A stretch of DNA of 63,716 nucleotides, the filler included, from Octopus bimaculoides (taxonomy: Eukaryota), in the NCBI RefSeq assembly GCF_001194135.2. It is 4 parts of 4 records of this genome, joined end to end, with 100 filler letters (N's around TTAATTAATTAA, not from the genome) between each part and the next. Parts side by side here need not be neighbours in the genome. Positions count along the whole stretch, not along the records: positions 7,838 to 31,861 come from NC_068985.1; 3 more parts are not named here. One strand, 5' to 3'. Shown piece after piece: positions 13,541 to 26,472 of this stretch. Numbering within the stretch: the stretch's first letter is position 1; every line of letters starts with the position of its first letter. Under the pieces are notes generated by a model. The model was not told the origin of the DNA. It searched no databases and saw only the letters and a list, made by a program, of their open reading frames with translations. Position numbers and translations under genes: made by a program.

Positions 13541-13579
13541 GGAAGCAAAGCGACTTACCACACAACCACTCCTACGCCT
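13541..13579 (-). mobile_element. Truncated family A SINE head abutting the LINE 5' end
   Basis: CAGGCGTAGGAGTGGTTGTGTGGTAAGTCGCTTTGCTTCC, then an abrupt switch to LINE-like sequence. Confidence 0.7.
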
Positions 13580-13588
13580 GTATATATT

Positions 13589-13980
13589 ACTCCTTACTCT
13601 TTACTGTTTTACTTGTTTCAGTTATTTGATTGCGGCCTTGCTGGAGCACCGCCTTTAGTCGATCAAATCGACCCCAGGACTTATTCTTTGGAAGCCTAGT
13701 ACTTATTCTATCGGTATTTTTGCCGAACCGCTAAGTTACGGGGACGTAAAAACACCACCATCAGTTGTCAAGCGATGTTGGAGGGGGGAACAAACACAGA
13801 CACACAAACATATACCTACATATATACGATGGGCTTGTTTCAGTTTCCGTCTACCAAATCCACTCACAAGACTTTGGTCGGCCCGAGGCTATAGTAGCCC
13901 AAGGTAACACGCAGTGGGAATGAACCCAGAACCATGTACTTGGTGGGCAAGCTACTTACCACACAGCTACTCCTGCGCCT
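13589..13980 (-). mobile_element. Full-length tRNA-headed SINE (family A; head followed by CORE-like ACCTTGGGCAAGTG motif)
   Basis: Head AGGCGCAGGAGTAGCTGTGTGGTAAG with B-box-like GGGTTCATTCCC, an internal GT tract and an (AGTAAA/AGAGT) tail. Many homologues occur in the window. Confidence 0.88.
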
Positions 13981-16900
13981 ATATNNNNNNNNNNNNNNNN
14001 NNNNNNNNNNNNNNNNNNNNNNNNNNNNNNNNNNNNNNNNNNNNNNNNNNNNNNNNNNNNNNNNNNNNNNNNNNNNNNNNNNNNNNNNNNNNNNNNNNNN
14101 NNNNNNNNNNNNNNNNNNNNNNNNNNNNNNNNNNNNNNNNNNNNNNNNNNNNNNNNNNNNNNNNNNNNNNNNNNNNNNNNNNNNNNNNNNNNNNNNNNNN
14201 NNNNNNNNNNNNNNNNNNNNNNNNNNNNNNNNNNNNNNNNNNNNNNNNNNNNNNNNNNNNNNNNNNNNNNNNNNNNNNNNNNNNNNNNNNNNNNNNNNNN
14301 NNNNNNNNNNNNNNNNNNNNNNNNNNNNNNNNNNNNNNNNNNNNNNNNNNNNNNNNNNNNNNNNNNNNNNNNNNNNNNNNNNNNNNNNNNNNNNNNNNNN
14401 NNNNNNNNNNNNNNNNNNNNNNNNNNNNNNNNNNNNNNNNNNNNNNNNNNNNNNNNNNNNNNNNNNNNNNNNNNNNNNNNNNNNNNNNNNNNNNNNNNNN
14501 NNNNNNNNNNNNNNNNNNNNNNNNNNNNNNNNNNNNNNNNNNNNNNNNNNNNNNNNNNNNNNNNNNNNNNNNNNNNNNNNNNNNNNNNNNNNNNNNNNNN
14601 NNNNNNNNNNNNNNNNNNNNNNNNNNNNNNNNNNNNNNNNNNNNNNNNNNNNNNNNNNNNNNNNNNNNNNNNNNNNNNNNNNNNNNNNNNNNNNNNNNNN
14701 NNNTATATATATATGTATGTATTCATGTACATATATATATATATATATATATGTATTTATCTATCTATATATATATATATATGTATATACAGAAGTATTA
14801 ATAACTTAGGTACTTATGCCCATATGTGTGTGTGTGTGTGAAACTATAAATAAAATATAACTTGTCGCATATTTGGATAATTGTATATCATTATCTTTTG
14901 GAATACAGTGCACTAAAACTTGCGCATTCATTCTTGCATACTAGCACAGCAGTTTCATATACCTATCGACACCTCTATCTCATAAGAAAAAATTCTTCCC
15001 GACTGTTAATAATTTGTTGAAAGTTATTCTTCGACCTAGTCGTCAGAACCTTTAGCTTCTGTTGGAAAGATTTATTGACTGAATGATTATAGTTTTACTC
15101 ATGGCAAATATGTCCATTAATATTCAATATCTGATGATTTAATGAGGCAACTCATTTGTGAAATAAAATCCTGTAAAATAGACATATTCACTAATATGCG
15201 TGCATGCATGTTGCTGTGTATGCGTTGTGTGTGTGAATGTGAGTCTCTGTTTGAGCGTCCGTGCGTGTGTATGTGTGTGGGGGGGGGTGCGATTGTGTGC
15301 GTCTGTATGACTGAGAGTGCTTGTATGAGTGCTGTAGATATTTATTAATTGGCAACCAAATTTTCACTTTTAGTAATGATATTTGATATTACGTTTAACA
15401 TCTGTCTTATCTTTAGCATTAGTTAATGCAAAACGCTTAGTTCAGGCAATTTAAGATATGGATATTAAATAACGATATATCAATGAGGGAAACATATAGC
15501 AATTACATCATATATAATGATCAACATTTCAGACAGAAACAAACGAGGCGGTGATATACGTTGCATAACGAGTGATATCTTAAAATTATAGTTTAAATAT
15601 ATATTCATCCTATGAATTGAATTGTTCCATATATAATTCAGTTTCGAAGACAAGTATCTGCTTAGTTCTTCTTCATAGAACAAAATCATATTTGGAAGAA
15701 TTCCACATTTTTATATGAATTACGGTGTGTGGGCACGATTTTTAGTACCTTAAAATTTACCCGAGAAAAGCAGCATTATATATATTTGTTGTCATAATTT
15801 ATCTCTCTCTTTTGCCGTTCTTAATTTTTGAAATCATAATTGAATTTGAAATCATAATTGAATTTTCTTCTCCAAAATAACTCCCACAATTTCTCTCACA
15901 TTTGCTTATTTTAGCTCAGGTCATTATTCATTCAAACCTTGTTCCATGTATAGGTGTCTTACTCATGTATCCTCGAACAAAATCTCTCACATCCTTTTGC
16001 TTTCTATTGCTTACCCTTCTACATTCTCTCACCCGCTTGTACGTTCTCGATTAACGCTTTCTTGAAACACAAACTAACACCTGATGTTCTCACTAACAAA
16101 CGCCACAATATTTCCGTACGTGCATAATTCTAGACACATTAATCCCACCTCCAAATAAAAGAAGAAGGATACAAAAGACACCATACAAGTATTCCCAATG
16201 TTAAACAGGGATTAGCTCTTATGCACTTGTATACAGAACCGTTACACCTACCTTCTTAACTCACTCAATACAACCGCATTCCAACTACATTCCTAAACCA
16301 ACAGTCGAATTTCTTTCTCTCATTCTCTTGATGAAGTATGAACAAGCGAAACCTTACGGCTCAGTAATAATAACGTGTTTGTGAAACTTTGTTCCTTTTG
16401 TACTGTTCATTGCTTTTAAAACACACAGACACACATTTATATATGCATAAGCATTTATACATGTATATATTTACGAAGTGTGCGTGTATGTATGTATGTA
16501 TGTATGTATATATGTATGTACGTATGTATGTTATGCCAGGTCACACTTGGGTGCTACTGGTAACATGTAACGCAGCACAAACTGTAGCATGGTCGGGTAG
16601 TCGATGACTAAACTGTCAACCCTATCAAGCTTATTTGGTGAAAAGGGTGATTGTTGGATAACTTCTAAGACGAAAAATAAGACCTGTGAAGGGGCGGCAG
16701 GGCTCATGAGCAGTCAACGGCCATCCAACAATATGTATAAATATGTATGCACGTATAGATGCGCGGGAACTTGGAAATATTTGGGTTGGTGTGCAGGCGC
16801 GCAGTTCGCCCACTAAGAGTGAGAGTCCCCCCTGTTATTATCACAACATCTCTATAGGAGAGGGAAACTCTGACAAAAAACCTGCGACAATGACAATTTT

Positions 16901-18056
16901 CGATGATGTACACTAGTTCTTCTTTTCGAATGTATGCTGTCAAGGTTCAGAAAGTGGGACTGGATTTGTGCAATTCTTTTCCTTAGTATCAAAAGTCATA
17001 ATGCGCAAATATCGCTTGAAAACAGTGAGACATACCACAAAAATGGCTGATCGAAACCATCGCTTGTGTGTAACTTTCGATCAGGCGTTGACAATACACG
17101 AACAGAGCGTGCAGCCATTATGTATGTATGTACGTATGTATGTATGTACGTACGTATCTATGTATCTATCTATCTCTATGTATATGTATATTATATATAT
17201 ATATATATATATATNNNNNNNNNNNNNNNNNNNNNNNNNNNNNNNNNNNNNNNNNNNNNNNNNNNNNNNNNNNNNNNNNNNNNNNNNNNNNNNNNNNNNN
17301 NNNNNNNNNNNNNNNNNNNNNNNNNNNNNNNNNNNNNNNNNNNNNNNNNNNNNNNNNNNNNNNNNNNNNNNNNNNNNNNNNNNNNNNNNNNNNNNNNNNN
17401 NNNNNNNNNNNNNNNNNNNNNNNNNNNNNNNNNNNNNNNNNNNNNNNNNNNNNNNNNNNNNNNNNNNNNNNNNNNNNNNNNNNNNNNNNNNNNNNNNNNN
17501 NNNNNNNNNNNNNNNNNNNNNNNNNNNNNNNNNNNNNNNNNNNNNNNNNNNNNNNNNNNNNNNNNNNNNNNNNNNNNNNNNNNNNNNNNNNNNNNNNNNN
17601 NNNNNNNNNNNNNNNNNNNNNNNNNNNNNNNNNNNNNNNNNNNNNNNNNNNNNNNNNNNNNNNNNNNNNNNNNNNNNNNNNNNNNNNNNNNNNNNNNNNN
17701 NNNNNNNNNNNNNNNNNNNNNNNNNNNNNNNNNNNNNNNNNNNNNNNNNNNNNNNNNNNNNNNNNNNNNNNNNNNNNNNNNNNNNNNNNNNNNNNNNNNN
17801 NNNNNNNNNNNNNNNNNNNNNNNNNNNNNNNNNNNNNNNNNNNNNNNNNNNNNNNNNNNNNNNNNNNNNNNNNNNNNNNNNNNNNNNNNNNNNNNNNNNN
17901 NNNNNNNNNNNNNNNNNNNNNNNNNNNNNNNNNNNNNNNNNNNNNNNNNNNNNNNNNNNNNNNNNNNNNNNNNNNNNNNNNNNNNNNNNNNNNNNNNNNN
18001 NNNNNNNNNNNNNNNNNNNNNNNNNNNNNNNNNNNNNNNNNNNNNNNNNNNNNNNN

Positions 18057-18092
<36 letters not shown>

Positions 18093-18097
<5 letters not shown>

Positions 18098-18365
18098 CTC
18101 AGTTATGACGACGAGGGTACCAGTTAATTCGATCAACGAACGGCCTACTCGTGAAACTAATATGCATGTGGATGAGCACTCCATAGACAAGTGTATCCCT
18201 AACGTAATTCTCATGGAGATTCGGTGTAACACAGAATGTGACACGGCTGTCCCGTTTCTATACAGGTAATACTCATCTTTGCTGTCTGGACACAATACGT
18301 TACCGTGAATTGAACTCACAACGTTACAATCGTGAGCTGAATACACTAACTACTAAGCCACGCGC
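18093..18365 (-). mobile_element. Family D SINE (different head, 3' module shared with family C)
   Basis: Head GCGCGTGGCTTAGTAGTTAG; 3' ...GGAGTGCTCATCCAC...GATCGAATTAACTGG shared with family C. Confidence 0.75.
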
Positions 18366-18444
18366 ATTAACACACTCAGAAACACACACGCACACACGCA
18401 TACACACATACACACACAAACACACATATGAATGTATGTATATC

Positions 18445-19151
18445 CAGGATGTGATTGGTAAATTATCGCCATTATATATTTTTGATTTTACGCTTGCGCA
18501 TTGTTTGTTTTTGATTTTGTCGGCTACACAGTATAGTAAGATCCGTTAGGTACCGTCTGTGAGAAAAACAGCACCATGTGTAATACACTGCTAGAAATTT
18601 GGAAACGAGATGCTGTATTGCTTGGCATTTGTTCCGGGATCTCCAGTACGATTCAACACGTAGGCCTGCATCAGGTGCCTGGAGGAAGTAGTACTGCCGT
18701 GGGTGAAGGGGGTGCTGCTGGAAGACCCTATATCAGCCAACAGGACTCTGCACCATGCCACACAAAAAGGAGAACTGAGTCATGGCTGTTAGACAATTTC
18801 TGCGATCACACCACCTCTAACATCTGGCCACCTTATTCAACAGATTGCAACATCTTTCATTCTTATGTGGTTGGTACAGTTGAGCGAGAGACCAACAAAT
18901 CTCATTGTTACACCAATGATGAACTGAAGGCCAGGATTATGGTAGCATTCACCAACAAGGAAAGCGTCCAGAAGAATTGCAGGAAATTTCGAGGTCGTCT
19001 GAAGCCAATGGCGATTTTATTGAATAAATTACTATTCAGTATTTCAAAATATTTTAATGTAATTTTGGTAAATATATCTGTTAAAATGAAATGTCAGAGT
19101 ATTTTCCTTTTTCCGTAATTTAGATGAGAGTCTATTTACCGCTGCATGTGC
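18445..19151 (+). mobile_element. Internally deleted mariner-like element, DD37D (maT) type
   Basis: C-terminal transposase fragment CLEEVVLPWVKG/AAGRPYISQQDSAPCHT...WPPYSTDCNIFH...VERETNK...ELKARI at ~18650-19025. There are 37 codons between GAC 18744 and the third-D position (CAT 18858). Weak partial terminal similarity (GGTAAAT) lies next to TA tracts. Confidence 0.8.
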
Positions 19152-19178
19152 ATATATATACACACATACATACATGTA

Positions 19179-19235
<57 letters not shown>

Positions 19236-19286
19236 GCATACACACATATACATATGTGTTCATATATTTATTCAAATATTCAATAT

Positions 19287-19329
<43 letters not shown>

Positions 19330-20414
19330 CGCGCGTATGTACATATTATAGATCATGGTTTTTATCCATGTTTTCATAAATCAAACAAGTGCTGTGAGTA
19401 GATGTCTTTTAAAACTTCGTTGCCTAGCTCAACTTGTGTCTGGTAATTCATTCAGTTCCAGTTAGAAGAGCAAGCAGCATTAAAACAGTAGAATTATGTT
19501 GGGTCTCGTACTTCTAGAAAAGGGTATTAATTATTATGCCATATTTACTTAAGCTATATTCTCCTTGTTCTTTATTGTTTCCAAGCATTTCTGTTCAGGG
19601 ATATCCGTAAGAGGTGCCGATGTTATTGACACATTTTCCAATTTCAGTTGTGTTGCGGCAGAAGTGGACGTCGCTCAGTACATTATTTGTGATCTCCATG
19701 CAGAAGGCTGTGACTTATTTGCACGTCTTTTCGAATATGAGAGTATTCATGAATAATATTCCTGAATTCTGTACGGTGGTCTTTGTGCTTAGTAGTAGCT
19801 TGTGCAATACAGTTGTCATGCTCTTTCTGTTTCATGATGCGTAGGCGAGTCCATATATTTTTAATGAACGATCAGCCAGAATGTAGTAAACTTGTACGTC
19901 TACTGCGTACTAAGTTGATTGTTAACTTAGTATGTGAACTATTTTTAAATTATCAGAAAGCAACCAATCTTTTCAGATTATTTTAAATCTTGTGTTTGAC
20001 CCTAACATAGCATCACTATATCGAGAAATGCTAAATATATATATATCATATCTCTCTATAAACTTCCCTTCTGTTATCGTGTGAAACATGTGCTCTTTCC
20101 TTGCATCTTGTAAATATTTTAGGACCTCATATCAAAGTTATCTAAATTACGTTTTCAATGTTAGTTTACGTTTGTGGTATCAGAACAGTGTGATTTGGAG
20201 GGCTGATAATGTTTTGAGCTTAGAAGAAATACTAAACAAACATTATTTAAATTCGCTTTGTTTAACTTGTATAAAAGAATGAACAGAGAATCCCGAAGCA
20301 GATGTTCTACGTTGAGATTATACGTTCAAAAATGGTCGACGGGTAAGGGAAATGCTATTCTTCATCATGCAGTTCAAATACGTAGAGTCATCTGGAGTTG
20401 TAACGCGTTGGATC

Positions 20415-21800
20415 GCATAGGATTAATAGCCATAACAATAATTCCATTGATCTAGATTCCTACACATCCCCCAATAACATATCCTCCAATAATAATAACT
20501 CAACCACAAGCATACGCAACCCTCTAGCCTCCTACACTTGTAACTGTCCGCTTCCAACACATTGCGTAAGATACAATGTAATATATAAATGCACCGTGAA
20601 AAATGTATTACATAACTCTACTGCCACGTACATAGGTGCAACTAAAAACTTTAAACATCGCTACGCAGCCCATTTGCACTATTTTAGATACGACAAACAG
20701 TAAATCTACAACATTAGCCAATCATATTCATCACCTCAAAAACAAAAATACCCAATACACCTTAAAATGGTCCATCTTACATTCTGGAACTCCATACTAG
20801 GGCCAGCGCTCCAACAGCAAGCTTTGCCTAACGGAGGCGTTTCATATTTTAAAATACAATTCTTCCACTCTACTTAATCGATATAACGAAGCGTTTAGCA
20901 ACTGCAATCACCGCTCTTTCCACACATTTAGGTTCTATCACAAGCAAAATTGCACAAACGATCACGCAACATAATCACCCCCCCCCGACAGGCAACCTAT
21001 TCAACCTGGCAAAAACATCCATCTTTCACCATCTTTTGAATATGATTATTTCCTTTCGATCATCTCACCACACATATGCCCCCAAATCTATTTCTTCTAC
21101 TCTCAAATTCACAAGAACACCACCTACGCATACAGACTACGTCACTCCTTTCAATCCCTTTCCACCGTCTATAAATAGGCTTGGCTGCATCCTAAACTAT
21201 GATATTACTAACTACCTTTCCCACCCATCCCTTCCCATTATCTCTGTCCTTGGTTTATCACTCATACCCCCACCACCTATATATTACACACACGCATTCC
21301 TTCCTACTCACTAGACCTTTTAACCTCATCCCCCTATTCCTCCTTCACTCTATATGCTCATCCCCTCTACCCTGTAAGATCAACTGACCATAAATATACC
21401 GCTACCATCCTCCAGCTCTATCTCTCCTCTATCCCCTTTCACATTCACTTGACTTGGCCATTCTTCAAGTAAACAAGCAAAAATCCATCGCAATATGGAA
21501 TATATGAACCTCTGCTATCTATGCTATATTAACTTTCGCTCCAATATAAATTTCCGGATTATCCCCACAAGGATTATTTTACACGGATTTCTACACGGAT
21601 ATTTACTACTGGAATGAAACTACACTTCAAGTACTATTCTCTCTTTTTTCAGCACATCACACTCTTTACGACTTCATACTAAAAATATTCGCCTATGGAT
21701 ATAATAATAGATTACTTTATTTTTTCTGTCTCCGATGAAGGGAAGTACTGGATCTTCCCAGAAACAGCTGTAAGACTCTATCCATAAAATACTTCTCCAA
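20415..21800 (+). mobile_element. 5'-truncated Penelope-like retroelement (Naiad-like): GIY-YIG endonuclease pseudo-ORF plus long 3' UTR
   Basis: Manual translation: RINSHN...CNCPLPTHC..YNVIYKCTV...TYIGATKNFKHRYAAH.../KSTTLANHIHHLK...LKWSIL...KLCLTEAFHIL...LLNRYNE.FSNCNHR, ending TAA at 20972-20974. It carries one frameshift and one TAG. A hammerhead motif lies in the 3' region. Confidence 0.85.
21728..21776 (+). ncRNA. Putative minimal type I hammerhead ribozyme (Penelope-associated)
   Basis: GTCT-CCGATGA-A-GGGAAG tactggat CTTCCC-A-GAAA-CAGCTG-TA^AGAC: 4-bp stem I, 6-bp stem II, palindromic stem III and a GUA cleavage triplet. It deviates by U4C and an A-A pair at the base of stem II. Confidence 0.65.
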
Positions 21801-22635
21801 CTTTACCATTGCTCTCTTTATCTTTTTATTTTTATATATTTACATATACACACGTTAATACACGACTTATAATACCCAATCCTATTCATACAACGACTGG
21901 GGCAAACTAGTCNNNNNNNNNNNNNNNNNNNNNNNNNNNNNNNNNNNNNNNNNNNNNNNNNNNNNNNNNNNNNNNNNNNNNNNNNNNNNNNNNNNNNNNN
22001 NNNNNNNNNNNNNNNNNNNNNNNNNNNNNNNNNNNNNNNNNNNNNNNNNNNNNNNNNNNNNNNNNNNNNNNNNNNNNNNNNNNNNNNNNNNNNNNNNNNN
22101 NNNNNNNNNNNNNNNNNNNNNNNNNNNNNNNNNNNNNNNNNNNNNNNNNNNNNNNNNNNNNNNNNNNNNNNNNNNNNNNNNNNNNNNNNNNNNNNNNNNN
22201 NNNNNNNNNNNNNNNNNNNNNNNNNNNNNNNNNNNNNNNNNNNNNNNNNNNNNNNNNNNNNNNNNNNNNNNNNNNNNNNNNNNNNNNNNNNNNNNNNNNN
22301 NNNNNNNNNNNNNNNNNNNNNNNNNNNNNNNNNNNNNNNNNNNNNNNNNNNNNNNNNNNNNNNNNNNNNNNNNNNNNNNNNNNNNNNNNNNNNNNNNNNN
22401 NNNNNNNNNNNNNNNNNNNNNNNNNNNNNNNNNNNNNNNNNNNNNNNNNNNNNNNNNNNNNNNNNNNNNNNNNNNNNNNNNNNNNNNNNNNNNNNNNNNN
22501 NNNNNNNNNNNNNNNNNNNNNNNNNNNNNNNNNNNNNNNNNNNNNNNNNNNNNNNNNNNNNNNNNNNNNNNNNNNNNNNNNNNNNNNNNNNNNNNNNNNN
22601 NNNNNNNNNNNTTGAAATCCGTGTTGCTTATTCTT

Positions 22636-22682
<47 letters not shown>

Positions 22683-23065
22683 TGTGTATTGTGTATATAT
22701 GTGTGAGGGTCTCTGTGAGAGTTAGTACTAGATAGAGTGTGTCAGTGCGAATTAGTATTGGATAGACTTAATTCATCCGAGTAAGAAGCAGATATATAGA
22801 AACGATACTGTAGAATATCATTGTGAATATGTTAACACCTAGGATAAATACAGGAAGATATATTATTTTAATTATTCAAATATTTAGCTTCATTATTCAT
22901 TCAGTGTCATCTCTACATTACGCAAATTCGCGTCTACGCATTCAAATTCATTTGATGTTTTAAAATATGAAAAAAAACATTTATAATGTCATATCGCAGC
23001 GGGGAAGATGCATACGTACATACGTACGTACATACATACATACATATATACATACATACATACAT

Positions 23066-23102
<37 letters not shown>

Positions 23103-23892
23103 NNNNNNNNNNNNNNNNNNNNNNNNNNNNNNNNNNNNNNNNNNNNNNNNNNNNNNNNNNNNNNNNNNNNNNNNNNNNNNNNNNNNNNNNNNNNNNNNNN
23201 NNNNNNNNNNNNNNNNNNNNNNNNNNNNNNNNNNNNNNNNNNNNNNNNNNNNNNNNNNNNNNNNNNNNNNNNNNNNNNNNNNNNNNNNNNNNNNNNNNNN
23301 NNNNNNNNNNNNNNNNNNNNNNNNNNNNNNNNNNNNNNNNNNNNNNNNNNNNNNNNNNNNNNNNNNNNNNNNNNNNNNNNNNNNNNNNNNNNNNNNNNNN
23401 NNNNNNNNNNNNNNNNNNNNNNNNNNNNNNNNNNNNNNNNNNNNNNNNNNNNNNNNNNNNNNNNNNNNNNNNNNNNNNNNNNNNNNNNNNNNNNNNNNNN
23501 NNNNNNNNNNNNNNNNNNNNNNNNNNNNNNNNNNNNNNNNNNNNNNNNNNNNNNNNNNNNNNNNNNNNNNNNNNNNNNNNNNNNNNNNNNNNNNNNNNNN
23601 NNNNNNNNNNNNNNNNNNNNNNNNNNNNNNNNNNNNNNNNNNNNNNNNNNNNNNNNNNNNNNNNNNNNNNNNNNNNNNNNNNNNNNNNNNNNNNNNNNNN
23701 NNNNNNNNNNNNNNNNNNNNNNNNNNNNNNNNNNNNNNNNNNNNNNNNNNNNNNNNNNNNNNNNNNNNNNNNNNNNNNNNNNNNNNNNNNNNNNNNNNNN
23801 NNNNNNNNNNNNNNNNNNNNNNNNNNNNNNNNNNNNNNNNNNNNNNNNNNNNNNNNNNNNNNNNNNNNNNNNNNNNNNNNNNNNNNNNNNNA

Positions 23893-24242
23893 CAGGGATT
23901 AGCAATTGAGTTGCTTCTCCAACATACTGAAAATTTAGAAATAACAGTCAAAGAACTACTGATTCTAAACTACAAATTTTGACACTTTCAAATTTATCAG
24001 AATAGTTGGGCTGAAGATTGGAATAGTGAAATTTTCATTCACTTAACCATGAAACGATTCGTATCCAATTAACTAAAGACTTGTTTTGTTTACGCTTTTC
24101 CCTCCGGTTTTTTTCTTCTATGTATGCCATAAATATCGCCATCCGTTTTAGAGAAAAATTTGTAGTTTAGAATCAGTAGTTCTTTGACTGCTATTTCTAA
24201 ATTTTCAGTATGTTGGAGAAGCAACTCAATTGCTAAACCCTG
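23893..24242. mobile_element. Tc1/mariner-type MITE, 350 bp, ~87-bp TIRs
   Basis: Arms 23893-23979 and 24156-24242 are reverse complements with 2 mismatches. Termini are CAGGG...CCCTG followed by TA; the left flank abuts a gap. Confidence 0.88.
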
Positions 24243-25299
24243 TATATTTATATAGTTCCTATCGGTAGTTTTGACAGTGTGGAAGAGTAGACATCTTCAG
24301 TGTGTATGCAATGGTTCACGGACTCACTTTCAGGAACTGAATTCGGTATAATTTGTATTTGAATTATATCTTATGTACTGTTTGTATTCTCGTAGAATTA
24401 TCTGCCGAAAAGTATTAAACATTTATGGTCATGAAAAAGGACTCAAGTGTCGATGAGTCGCTATCAGATTTTGACTATTATGCTTTATATTATTTGTAAG
24501 TCAGTAGGAAAGCGTTCATCTTATTTATGCATATTTTGTGTTAAGTTATTAATGTATTGCTATATCATCAATAATTAATCCTCTTTTTTTCTGTGGAATT
24601 GTTTAAAGTATTTTAGTATATTCCTAAATCATTCCCGTATCTCATGTATTGCTGCCGAGTGTGGTCAGAATGTGGTCAGCAATAGGGCAGAGATGATCGT
24701 CCATGGATATTCTATAATTGTGTGTTAGTCTGGTGTGTTTAATGTAACAGTTAAAGTTCTGAAGTTTAAATCTAATAAGTATATATGGTATTGAATCTAA
24801 CATATATAAATAAAAATTGAATATAATTCTGTATTTAATGAAATATGATTAAAAGTAACATAGTTATCCATGTGTATATATCTGAATTAGTTTGAAATGT
24901 TGACACACAGAAACATACACGGGTGCGCGCAGACATGCACACACACACACACACACACACACGTATATACATACTTCGTTTTTGTATCTGGTTTGCAGGA
25001 TTCATAATGTGAATTCGTGTGTTAAAGCAAATATTGTTGTGTGATGGGAAAGACATATTGTATTAATGTTGTATTGTCTAACAATATCACCGATTCGATT
25101 TCCACTAAATTAACATTTATAATGTTGCTTCCAATATTTTCGTTGCTCTTTCAATTATATTGACAGTCACACTGACAAAGTAACAGAAGCAAGGAAGATT
25201 TGAGAGGGAAAAACATATGATTGGAAATCGAACCGGTGAGTGTGTTAGACAATAAGGAGTTAAGACAATACGACTCTCCCAAGACACAACAATATAAAT

Positions 25300-25356
<57 letters not shown>

Positions 25357-25917
25357 GATAAATGTATAGTATGTACGTTTGTTCAATGACCTGGATTCCA
25401 GGATTTTATGAAATTTCTATACTTGTATATAATTACAATATCTTAAATATATTCTTCCAATATCATGAATAATTTTATGATTTTACTTAAAGTTCTAAAT
25501 CCGTACCTATTCTCTGCTGAAGGAAATGTAGATTACTGAAGACGAAAAGTATTTACCTGCACATGTCTTCGCACATTCTGTCACATCATTATTTTGAGAC
25601 TGTTATCAACTGTCACATCATCAGCTTGAGACTTTTTGATTTGTCTGTATGTATTTATGCAATTCCTCATCCGTCTTTGATTTCGACACGGAGTTATGCT
25701 ATAATATGTATATATATGTTTTTATGTTATATATTCGCATATTCACAATGGCTTATACATACCATCTGTTTTTAGATATATATTGGGTTTGAGTGAGAGT
25801 ATTATTGACCTTGAAATCTGTCACTTTTTAATTAATACTTTTGTTCAATCGCTCAATAAATTGAGCCCTATGGTGTTGTTTCATAAAACGTGTTCACCTC
25901 TTTGATTTTTCATTACC

Positions 25918-26011
<94 letters not shown>

Positions 26012-26472
26012 TATGTGGGGGGGTGTATTACTTATTAAGGAGATCAGAAATGTATATATTTAGTCTTATTCTGCACTCGATCACGTCTTTCCATTTCTGC
26101 ACCTACATATATNNNNNNNNNNNNNNNNNNNNNNNNNNNNNNNNNNNNNNNNNNNNNNNNNNNNNNNNNNNNNNNNNNNNNNNNNNNNNNNNNNNNNNNN
26201 NNNNNNNNNNNNNNNNNNNNNNNNNNNNNNNNNNNNNNNNNNNNNNNNNNNNNNNNNNNNNNNNNNNNNNNNNNNNNNNNNNNNNNNNNNNNNNNNNNNN
26301 NNNNNNNNNNNNNNNNNNNNNNNNNNNNNNNNNNNNNNNNNNNNNNNNNNNNNNNNNNNNNNNNNNNNNNNNNNNNNNNNNNNNNNNNNNNNNNNNNNNN
26401 NNNNNNNNNNNNNNNNNNNNNNNNNNNNNNNNNNNNNNNNNNNNNNNNNNNNNNNNATATATATATATATAC

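Noticed and set aside
16328-16362. TTGATGA...GCGAAACC hammerhead-like words in C/A-rich sequence
   Set aside because: Stem II is absent and the cleavage-site geometry is wrong; at best a very old remnant.
19565-19986. Non-repetitive short ORFs on both strands
   Set aside because: No recognisable family or consistent splice structure, and stops interrupt the best frames.
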